From a virus (lineage: Duplodnaviria; Caudoviricetes): a stretch of 64,000 nt of DNA. The notes below the pieces were generated by a model that was given only the letters and a program-made list of their open reading frames with translations, did no database searches and was not told where the DNA came from. The stretch is taken from positions 2,046 through 66,045 of the IMG/VR virus record IMGVR_UViG_3300037258_000283; one strand, written 5' to 3'. The translations under genes and the position numbers were made by a program. Shown piece after piece: positions 56,737 to 64,000 of this stretch; the first letter of the stretch is position 1, and each line of letters opens with the position of its first letter.

Positions 56737-57038
56737 TCGCTGTGCCGTTCATGGCCGGTGCGCCGCCGGGTGCTCTGCCGCCGGGGCGCGCTCTTGCCGC
56801 CGCCGACGCGCTTCGCGGCCAGTTCGTCGTACGCCGACCGCTCGCCGTCGGCCGGGAGGCTGTTCAGTTCGTCCAGGATCTTGGTCAGCCGCAGCACCAG
56901 GGAGGACATGTCCACCCCGGCCGTGGCCGTGCTGATCATGTCGGCCACCCGGTCGCGCAGTGCCTCCAGCTGCTGCCGCCGGGTGCCGGTGGCGATGATC
57001 GTGCAGAACTCCGCCGGGGTCAGCCTCTTTATCGTCAC
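56733..57038 (-). CDS. terS: terminase small subunit
   Basis: LEALRDRVA...DELAAKR; overlaps terL. Confidence 0.75.
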   Translation of the reverse strand: MTIKRLTPAEFCTIIATGTRRQQLEALRDRVADMISTATAGVDMSSLVLRLTKILDELNSLPADGERSAYDELAAKRVGGGKSAPRRQSTRRRTGHERHSE

Positions 57039-58318
57039 GGTGACGTCACCAGGTCCTTCGTCGCGGTCGTGGTCCGGTCCTCCGCCGCCACGGTGGTGGT
57101 GCGGTCCTCCGCCGCCACGTACGTGGTCCGGTCCTCCGGGGTGACCACCGAGACCCGTGGACCGACCACCCGGGTCTCACTGACGGAGTCCAGGGACGGG
57201 GCGAGCGCCGCCGCGTAGGCGATTCCGTAGACCGTCGCCGTGGCCTGGGACGTCATGGTGGCGGCGGGCAGTTGCGCGACGAAGACGCCGGGGGCGTTCA
57301 CGAAGCCGGTCAGCTTGGTGAAGCTCTCCAGGCCGGTGCCGGGATCGATCAGCGCACCGGTGACCTTGACCGTGGCCGGCAAGGTGGTGTACGCCTTCAG
57401 CGCGCCGTCGTCGGGATCATTCAGCGCCCCGAGGACGGTGACAGCCGCCTGGCCGGTCATCACCGGCTTCAGCGCGCCGTCGTCGGGATCGAGCATCGCA
57501 CCGGTGACGGTGGCCGTGGCCTGGGACGTCACCACCGGCTTCAGCGCGCCGTCGTCGGGATCGATCAGCGTACCGGTGACCGTGACCGTGGTCTGGCCGG
57601 TGGTGGACGACTCCAGGCCGGTCCCGGGGTCGTGCAGGACCCCGGTGGTGGACACCGTGGCGCTGGAGGTCATGGAGACGTCCAGGGAACTGTCCACCGG
57701 GTCGTTCATCGCACCGAGGACATCGACCTCACCGGCCGTGGTGCAGTCGGCCTGGAGGGCGTCCGCCGCCAGGAAGTCGGTCACGTGGACTTCGAAGAAC
57801 GCACCGGCCGCCGGGGCTTCGGCCAGCAGGTCCAGTTCCAGGTACCCGGTTACGTACGTGTACGGCGCGAAGTTCTCCGCGTCCAGGTCCGCGCCGATGA
57901 CCGTGGCCGTGGCGGAGGCCGTGGTGAACGGTTCCAGGCCGGTGCCGGGATCGTTCAGGGCTCCGGTGACCGTGGCCGTGGCCGCCGTCGTGGTGAACGA
58001 CTCCAGGCCGGTGCCGGGATCATTCAGCGCACCGGTGACCTTGACCGTGGTCTGGCCGGTGGTGAACGACTCCAGACCGGTGCCGGGATCGAGCATCGCA
58101 CCGGTGACCGTCACGGTTGCGCTGGAGGTCATCGTGACGCACAGGGAGCTGTCCGCCGGATTGTTCAGCGCACCGAGGACCGTGACGGCCACCTGGCCGG
58201 TGGTGAACGATTCCAGACCGGTGCCGGGATCGTTCAGCGCACCGGTGACCGGGACAGCCGGAATGACCGGGACGTCGATGACCGGGCGGTTCGGGAACCC
58301 GCGTCCTAGCCTGGCCAC
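57035..58318 (-). CDS. repeat-rich putative virion fibre protein
   Basis: About 12 repeats of ~23 aa (V.GALNDPGTGLESFTT); C-terminal AEDRT repeats. Confidence 0.7.
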   Translation of the reverse strand: MARLGRGFPNRPVIDVPVIPAVPVTGALNDPGTGLESFTTGQVAVTVLGALNNPADSSLCVTMTSSATVTVTGAMLDPGTGLESFTTGQTTVKVTGALNDPGTGLESFTTTAATATVTGALNDPGTGLEPFTTASATATVIGADLDAENFAPYTYVTGYLELDLLAEAPAAGAFFEVHVTDFLAADALQADCTTAGEVDVLGAMNDPVDSSLDVSMTSSATVSTTGVLHDPGTGLESSTTGQTTVTVTGTLIDPDDGALKPVVTSQATATVTGAMLDPDDGALKPVMTGQAAVTVLGALNDPDDGALKAYTTLPATVKVTGALIDPGTGLESFTKLTGFVNAPGVFVAQLPAATMTSQATATVYGIAYAAALAPSLDSVSETRVVGPRVSVVTPEDRTTYVAAEDRTTTVAAEDRTTTATKDLVTSP

Positions 58319-58352
58319 ACTTCACCGCCTTCCGGCCGCAGGGACTACCGGA

Positions 58353-58862
58353 TCAGCAGAGTTCGAAGCAGACGTAGCAGAGCACGTTGGCCGTGACGCC
58401 CGTCTTGATCCTCAGCTGGAGGAACTTGGACGGTGCCACGACGAAGTCCCGGCCCAACGGGAACTGCTTCTCATAGTGCTCCGCCGGGTCCAGCCCGCAG
58501 GCCGCGAACTGGCGATCCGTGGTCGTGGTCGTGATCCCGGTGACGCCGTACCCACACGTGGTGGTGGACATGGTCAGTGGACAGGCCGTGGTGTCGTCCC
58601 CGGTCGGGGTGATCGTGGAGGTGCTGTGCGCGCTCGTACAGGAGGTCGCTGTTGCCGCCTGGGCAAGCGTCGCCAGAGTCTTGGCCCCTCCGGCAGCACC
58701 GAACCCACAGACACCCCATTCGATGATCCGCAGTCGCCCCGTGGACGGGGTGGCGATCTGTATAGCCACGACGGCCGTACCCGAGGTGATAGACGTGCCG
58801 GATGCCATCACCCCGGTGGTGGCGTCCACCAGGCCGTTGTACGCCATGTACTGAGCGCTCAT
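58353..58862 (-). CDS. hypothetical virion protein
   Basis: Thr-rich; IIEWGV...YEKQFPLGR. Confidence 0.7.
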   Translation of the reverse strand: MSAQYMAYNGLVDATTGVMASGTSITSGTAVVAIQIATPSTGRLRIIEWGVCGFGAAGGAKTLATLAQAATATSCTSAHSTSTITPTGDDTTACPLTMSTTTCGYGVTGITTTTTDRQFAACGLDPAEHYEKQFPLGRDFVVAPSKFLQLRIKTGVTANVLCYVCFELC

Positions 58863-58865
58863 GGG

Positions 58866-59216
58866 TCACGACCCCGCGTACACGAGTGCGTCGTTCAGGT
58901 CCGCTTCCGCGTCCCAGACCAGGTAGATGTCCACACTGATCGGAGAGCCACCCGTCAGCGTGTAGTAGATCGGCAACTGGCGGACACCGCCCCACGCACG
59001 TACCGGGTCCGCGTTTCCGTCACCGATCCCACTGATACCATTCACGGTCAGTTTGAACAGCTGGCTGTCCGCCGGATCGGTCGTCACCACCGTGGACAGG
59101 AAAGGGACGGGGATGCTGTCGGTGGCTTCGGTGAACACGGACTCCGCAGGTATATCAAGGGTCCGCAATCCACTGGTGTCGATCGTCACCGTTCCGTACA
59201 GAATTCCAGACGACAT
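58866..59216 (-). CDS. hypothetical protein
   Basis: ORF with GAGG RBS inside the operon. Confidence 0.6.
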   Translation of the reverse strand: MSSGILYGTVTIDTSGLRTLDIPAESVFTEATDSIPVPFLSTVVTTDPADSQLFKLTVNGISGIGDGNADPVRAWGGVRQLPIYYTLTGGSPISVDIYLVWDAEADLNDALVYAGS

Positions 59217-59232
59217 GACTGCTACCTCTCTT

Positions 59233-59496
59233 CTACGCCGAAGCGCCGTAGGCCAGGACGTACCCGGCGTCTCCGTTGGCTCCGGCGGGGATCGTAATGA
59301 CGTTCCCGGACACGGATACGCTGAGCCCGGCCACGACCGTGGTCCCCAGCAGGACCGCCCGCTTCAGCACGTTGAACTGCTGGCTGGTGTCAAAGGTATC
59401 CCCGGCGGTGACCCCGTCCAGGGCGTAGAGCACCGTCCGGGCGGACGCGTTGTCCGACCACATTTGCTTCACGCGGGTGCCGTCCAGTACGGCCAT
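59233..59496 (-). CDS. hypothetical virion protein
   Basis: MAVLDG...LYALDGVTAGDT. Confidence 0.65.
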   Translation of the reverse strand: MAVLDGTRVKQMWSDNASARTVLYALDGVTAGDTFDTSQQFNVLKRAVLLGTTVVAGLSVSVSGNVITIPAGANGDAGYVLAYGASA

Positions 59497-59507
59497 TGAT
59501 CCACTCC

Positions 59508-60056
59508 CTACCACGACGCGGCCCGGTTGACCGCTTGATTGATACTGCAGGTGTTCGGCGGCCCCGCACCCGAGGACGGGGTGTACGGCGGTCCGAAGTA
59601 GAGTTCATCGACCCAGAAGACCTGGCCCGACGTAGCGTTCAGCATGACCGGCTGGGGCACCGCCGCGTTGGTCGTGGCCGGGGCCACGCCGGAGGTGGTG
59701 ATGAACGTCCAGGCGTTCGGGGTGAGCGGCAAATTCGTGACCTGGTAGTAATTTTTGTAGGTGGCACCGACGTACCAGTCCACCTCCGCGCCGCCGGTCA
59801 CACCGGATGACGTCGTGTACACGTAGTAGGACAGCTGGTACGTCTGCCCGGCCGTGATCGCCGGCTTCGTGCCGCCGAAGGTGACCGCCACCAGTCCCGT
59901 GGCCGTGGCCGTGCACTTCATGGAGTGCGTGCCGTCGATGGCACGGGTGGTGTCCTGGACCAGGGTCAGGTTCGTGCCGGTGCCGGCCCAGTTGCCCAGG
60001 CTGGTCTCTACCGATTCGTCGTTGTAGACGAACAGGTTGCCCGCCAGTCCCGCCAT
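59508..60056 (-). CDS. carbohydrate-binding-module-like protein
   Basis: NL....SVET....W...A.DG.HS...GQTY.....Y...W...FWVD pattern. Confidence 0.65.
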   Translation of the reverse strand: MAGLAGNLFVYNDESVETSLGNWAGTGTNLTLVQDTTRAIDGTHSMKCTATATGLVAVTFGGTKPAITAGQTYQLSYYVYTTSSGVTGGAEVDWYVGATYKNYYQVTNLPLTPNAWTFITTSGVAPATTNAAVPQPVMLNATSGQVFWVDELYFGPPYTPSSGAGPPNTCSINQAVNRAASW

Positions 60057-60099
60057 AACTCACCGCCTCCCTGTCGACTCCGGCATGGTGAGTGTCTCC

Positions 60100-61194
60100 T
60101 CAGTCGGCGATGGGTTCGGCAGAGATGTTGACGGACCCGCAGTCCAGGCACCGGTGGACGACGCCCTTCCCATGGCGACCGGTCCGGAGCTGGAGGTTCT
60201 CCGGACGGTTGTCCAGAGTGTCGCCATTGATGTGGTGAACCGTCTCGTACGACTCTAGCGGCCTACCGATCATCTGCTCCATGACCTCGCGATGCTCCGC
60301 TACCGCAACCCCGTTGCGCTTGAACTTCCGGTAGCCTCCGACGACGGCCCCCGAGCCGTCAGGGGCACGTGACGATTCAACCGCCCCGGGGTCGCCGAAC
60401 TGCCTCCACCGCTCATAGTGCATCTTGCAGTAATCCCGAGCGGTAGACCGCTTACTGCACCCGTTCACTTGACACGTTTTCTGCTTCGCGGCGTCTGTGG
60501 GGTTTACGCGGCACCATGCCTGGTAGTGCTTTCCGCACATTCCCCGGGTGAGCGACGACTGGCCGCACCCCTCCATGGAGCAGACCGCCCCGGGAAACTC
60601 ACCGCGGTATTTGGCAGCGGCGTAATGACTCCGGCAATACCCCCGAACCTGGGAGTCTTTGTCGCAATCCGGATGGGCACACGACTCCCGTGTAACCTTT
60701 CGCGCCGGAATGGATGCGCGGGGGCTCCCGTGCTTTTTCTGCCGCTCATAGTGCATAGCACACAGCCCCTTGGATCTGTGCGGCAACCCACAGCCCTCCA
60801 CCTCGCACACAGTGCGCCCCACCCGACGAAGTGGAACACCTGCCTGTACATCACCATCCTTGCGAAGGCGCTGATAGTGCGCCTGGCACAGACCATTGCC
60901 GAAGTTGCCTCGATCGCACCCGTCCACGGTGCACGGACCGCCCCGGGTGGTGGTGACCGGCATGTCCGAATGCACCGATCCACGAAGGTGACGCTGGTAG
61001 TGCGCAGCGCACATGTTGCGAGCGTAGGGAGCCCTCACGCACCCGTCCACCGTGCACACATCCTCTCGCGGGGCCATCAGAGCGCCTTCACGCTCAACGC
61101 CCCCGGACTTGCGCCATGCCTGGTAGTGCTTGGCGCACATGCCCCGAACTTTCACGGGTGCAGTGCAACTATCGATCAAACAATTTGATTTCAT
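60100..61194 (-). CDS. HNH endonuclease with tandem Zn-finger repeats
   Basis: About seven C-x4-C...C..HY repeats plus EHREVME...VHHINGD.LDNRPENL; lower GC than flanks. Confidence 0.88.
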   Translation of the reverse strand: MKSNCLIDSCTAPVKVRGMCAKHYQAWRKSGGVEREGALMAPREDVCTVDGCVRAPYARNMCAAHYQRHLRGSVHSDMPVTTTRGGPCTVDGCDRGNFGNGLCQAHYQRLRKDGDVQAGVPLRRVGRTVCEVEGCGLPHRSKGLCAMHYERQKKHGSPRASIPARKVTRESCAHPDCDKDSQVRGYCRSHYAAAKYRGEFPGAVCSMEGCGQSSLTRGMCGKHYQAWCRVNPTDAAKQKTCQVNGCSKRSTARDYCKMHYERWRQFGDPGAVESSRAPDGSGAVVGGYRKFKRNGVAVAEHREVMEQMIGRPLESYETVHHINGDTLDNRPENLQLRTGRHGKGVVHRCLDCGSVNISAEPIAD

Positions 61195-61221
61195 GTACCA
61201 AGGTTACCATGCCAGGAGGAC

Positions 61222-61647
61222 TCACGTACCGTCGGGCATGGTGAAACTCCCGGAAGTTATACTCACGGCAACCCCATTGCTGATCGTTGTCGTGTTCAGT
61301 TCAAGTGCCCCGCCGCCGCCGGTCGCGGTCACGGTGCCATCGAAGCAGATCGCGGTACCCGTGGAGTCGGACGCCCGGAAGAACGTGGCGGTCCCCGCCG
61401 CCACACCCGTGGTGGCGATAGGCGTCCCCTGGAGCGTGGCCACGCCCGCCGACGGGGTTCCGAACGAGGGCTTGGACAGGGTGAAGGTCGCCAGCAGGGT
61501 GTTGCCGGACAGGGCCGTGTTCGCGTTGACCGGCTGGGTGCCGGTGTAGAGCTTGATCAGGCCGTCACCGGAACCGGCGTCCAGGAAGGTGGTCGCCTGG
61601 TTGCACATGCCGTTCCGCTGAGCAGTTGCGAGGTGAATGACAGCCAT
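61222..61647 (-). CDS. hypothetical virion protein
   Basis: IKLYTGTQP...LLATF...GTATFFR...DG.V. Confidence 0.75.
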   Translation of the reverse strand: MAVIHLATAQRNGMCNQATTFLDAGSGDGLIKLYTGTQPVNANTALSGNTLLATFTLSKPSFGTPSAGVATLQGTPIATTGVAAGTATFFRASDSTGTAICFDGTVTATGGGGALELNTTTISNGVAVSITSGSFTMPDGT

Positions 61648-61651
61648 GAAA

Positions 61652-61954
61652 TCACTCCTGTGGGGGTTCGGCAGGGACGGCCGGAGCCGGTGGCACGATC
61701 ACTACGGACAGCGTACGCACGGTGCACGCGAGATCCTGGGTGTCAGGATCAAGATAGCGCCGCCCGTGGCCGTCCCGCAGCACTGCGGTGAGCCGGACGC
61801 GGTCCGGGAGGATCTCGATCCGCAGGGTCTCGTTCATCGGCACGCCGGCCCGTGCGCAGATATCGGTGACGGCGTCCGTCAGGTCCAGCGGGGCTATCGG
61901 CCCCGCCGTGTCGTCCCCAGGGGTCATGGTGTCCGGTTCCGTGGTCAGGGTCAT
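61652..61954 (-). CDS. hypothetical protein
   Basis: Coupled ORF in the operon. Confidence 0.55.
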   Translation of the reverse strand: MTLTTEPDTMTPGDDTAGPIAPLDLTDAVTDICARAGVPMNETLRIEILPDRVRLTAVLRDGHGRRYLDPDTQDLACTVRTLSVVIVPPAPAVPAEPPQE

Positions 61955-62238
61955 CGGTTCTGCACCCGGATCGTGATCGTCCGCTCATCCGTGCGGCCCT
62001 GGCTGGTGGTGACCCGGTTCGCCAGCGTGTACGGGATGCCGGGCGTCCCGCCCGACAGCCACGCCACGGTGGACGTGGCGCTGAAGCCACTGCTGTTCAG
62101 GACCAGCCCGGCGGAGACGGTCATCACGGAGGTGGTGATGTTCTCCCCGTCGGCCAGCCACTGGGACCAGTCGAACGGCCAGTCCAGGACCGCGTCCGGG
62201 TCCTTGAGCCAGTCAATGGCAGGCGTCGTCATGGTCAA
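61951..62238 (-). CDS. putative fibre adaptor protein
   Basis: KDPDAVLDWPFDWSQWL...WLSGG..G..Y.....VTT..GR.DER. Confidence 0.75.
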   Translation of the reverse strand: MTMTTPAIDWLKDPDAVLDWPFDWSQWLADGENITTSVMTVSAGLVLNSSGFSATSTVAWLSGGTPGIPYTLANRVTTSQGRTDERTITIRVQNR

Positions 62239-62368
62239 ACGGTACCGTGCGCCGCTCCGGTTACCATGGCCCCGGACCGCAGGAAGGGAAACCGATGGTC
62301 ATGTGGGCATTCACCGTAGCCGCTGCTGCCGTGGCGAGGCCGCTCCGGCGCGTCCGGAGGACCGGGCG

Positions 62369-62554
62369 GTGATCCTGTTCTGGATAGCGGCTGCGCTGGT
62401 CACCGTGGCGCTGTGCTTCAAGCGGACCCATGGGGCGCTCCTGCTGGCCGTCGGCCTGGCCTTCGTCGTCGGGACCTACGTCGGGCACAGCCCCGACCTG
62501 GGTCCTCCCGTGTACCTGTTCTTCCGCAGCACCGTGCAGAGCGTCTTCCACTGA
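62369..62554 (+). CDS. small membrane protein
   Basis: GGAGG RBS, GTG start, two TM helices. Confidence 0.55.
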   Translation: MILFWIAAALVTVALCFKRTHGALLLAVGLAFVVGTYVGHSPDLGPPVYLFFRSTVQSVFH

Positions 62555-62556
62555 CC

Positions 62557-62745
62557 TCACGGCCCCGTGTCCGGGGAGCCGCCGATTCCGGGCGGGCGGG
62601 TCACGAACTGCCGCCATCCGTGCTCCGCCAGCTGCTCGGTCACGCCACCGAGGACAAGGGACACGATCAGCGCCACGGTGACGACGGCCTTGTCCCGGGC
62701 ACGGGTCTGCCGCTTGGTCGGCCGGGCGTGACGGCCGCTAGTCAT
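62557..62745 (-). CDS. small membrane protein
   Basis: GRHAR followed by a TM helix. Confidence 0.55.
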   Translation of the reverse strand: MTSGRHARPTKRQTRARDKAVVTVALIVSLVLGGVTEQLAEHGWRQFVTRPPGIGGSPDTGP

Positions 62746-63532
62746 TGGACGGGTGGGTACTGAGGGCGTTCAGCCCCCGGTTGAAGAGGGTCGAGACCAG
62801 CTCCCCGTAGCCGTACAGGAACGCGGCCAGCAGGACCAGGCCGACGGCCCACAGCACGACGTCCCGGCCGCCGCGCTCCCTGCGGACGGACACCGCCCAC
62901 CCGCTGACGGCGGGGACGCGCAGCAGCGCCAGCGGGGCGGATGCCGAGAGCGCGTCGTAGAAGATGCTGCCGCCGATGGCCCCGAACCCGAACAGCAGCG
63001 CCAGGTGGAGGAGGATCAGTGCCCAGACCACGTACGTGGTGCGCTGGACGGCCTTCCAGTACCTGCCCAGCCGCTGCTGTGCCCGATGGCTGGCCGTGGC
63101 CGCCAGCACCGACGACAGCAGCACGGCCAGCATCCCGACGGCCAGGAAGGTGTGGCCGGCCACGCGGGTAAGGAAGCCGCCGGGGAAGTCGGAGCCGGAC
63201 ACGATCGAGGCAATCACCAGGTCGGTGAGCGCGTTCGCGAAGAAGACCACGCCGAACCACCACCGGAGCGGGACGAACCAGCGCTTCCCGGTGAGCGCGG
63301 CCAGCGGCGTGACCGCCAGCATGGACAGGAAGATCAGCAGGGAGCCCGTCCCCAGCACGTCGGCGTTGGAGACGGACAGTCCGGCGAAGTCCCCGGTGAC
63401 GATCTCCCGGGACTCCATGGCCAGGGGGAGCAGGGCGAGTGCCCCGGCGGTGTACACGGCAATCCGGTTACGGGTCGGAGCCCTGCGGAGCTGGTTGGCG
63501 TGCTGGCTCATGCGGGAGAGGCTACGCGACAC
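62738..63532 (-). CDS. MsrQ/ferric-reductase-like transmembrane protein
   Basis: G...L.....LAVTP, R...G, LAAT....Q.RLG..W.......Y......LH; about six TM helices. Confidence 0.72.
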   Translation of the reverse strand: MSRSLSRMSQHANQLRRAPTRNRIAVYTAGALALLPLAMESREIVTGDFAGLSVSNADVLGTGSLLIFLSMLAVTPLAALTGKRWFVPLRWWFGVVFFANALTDLVIASIVSGSDFPGGFLTRVAGHTFLAVGMLAVLLSSVLAATASHRAQQRLGRYWKAVQRTTYVVWALILLHLALLFGFGAIGGSIFYDALSASAPLALLRVPAVSGWAVSVRRERGGRDVVLWAVGLVLLAAFLYGYGELVSTLFNRGLNALSTHPSND

Positions 63533-63878
63533 CGGAAGGGTAATTCACCTCCGAAATGGCCGAATTTGACCCGTCTAATTCGGGTTTTACCCTATTTCCG
63601 GCTATTTTTAGGGAATTCCAGCCATTAAAACGGGTTTTCGGCCCTCCGACCAGTCCCAGAACGCCTGCATAAGCGCTGGTCAGGCCATCCGGACCGCCCG
63701 GCGTCTGCATAGCCCCATGCACGGCGAACGGCACTCGGAGTGAATACATATCCGGGTTTTCGGCCCAAGATCGTATATTCACGTAGTATGCAGTGGATCA
63801 TGTGCATAAATCGCTGCATAATTTCATGGATAGCGACGTGAGCAGATTAGCGGCATAGTGGATCTTGAAACCGCAACG

Positions 63879-63962
63879 CTCTGACCTGCGACGATGCAGA
63901 CCACACGTGCTCTGACCTGCGGTTTTGTCGAGATTATCGCGTGATCATGCCTCTGACCTGCG
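63879..63962. repeat. three CTCTGACCTGCG direct repeats in an AT-rich region
   Basis: Copies at 63879, 63910 and 63951. Confidence 0.8.
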
Positions 63963-64000
63963 GTTTTCTCAAGATTTTATAGAGAGAAAAATGGTTCATA

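Noticed and set aside
57035-58318. Diversity-generating retroelement repeats
   Set aside because: Repeats are in-frame coding repeats without adenine-specific variation, and no reverse transcriptase is present.

Overview
High-GC (visibly ~70%) tailed actinophage (siphovirus-type) genome segment, most likely from a filamentous actinomycete such as Streptomyces or a relative. Layout: (i) 1-7873, minus-strand replication arm (RuvC-like resolvase, papain-like protease, PolA, primase-helicase, HTH). (ii) 7985-14540, plus-strand helicase, PD-(D/E)xK exonuclease and a small acidic protein. (iii) 14607-20402, a hairpin-bounded cassette resembling the Streptomyces plasmid/AICE TraB conjugation system (Spd-like membrane protein, TraA-like, FtsK-like TraB, small membrane proteins, two repeat arrays that could be clt loci). 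(iv) 20.5-30.9 kb, small accessory genes with structured intergenic RNAs, two degenerate tRNA-like elements, a DNA methylase, LuxR proteins, a GH16 lipoprotein and a permuted papain-like enzyme. (v) 30.9-63.5 kb, minus-strand lysis, tail, head, packaging and putative fibre genes, ending in an AT-rich repeat region that may lie near the genome terminus. No integrase is visible in the window. Top observations: a virion-forming phage carrying an apparent TraB conjugation module; a LAGLIDADG intein splitting the catalytic DC|SG motif of the tape-measure NlpC/P60 domain; a duplicated covarying 54-nt RNA element; and a 14-nt start-associated sequence. All calls come from motif recognition by eye; no database searches were run.
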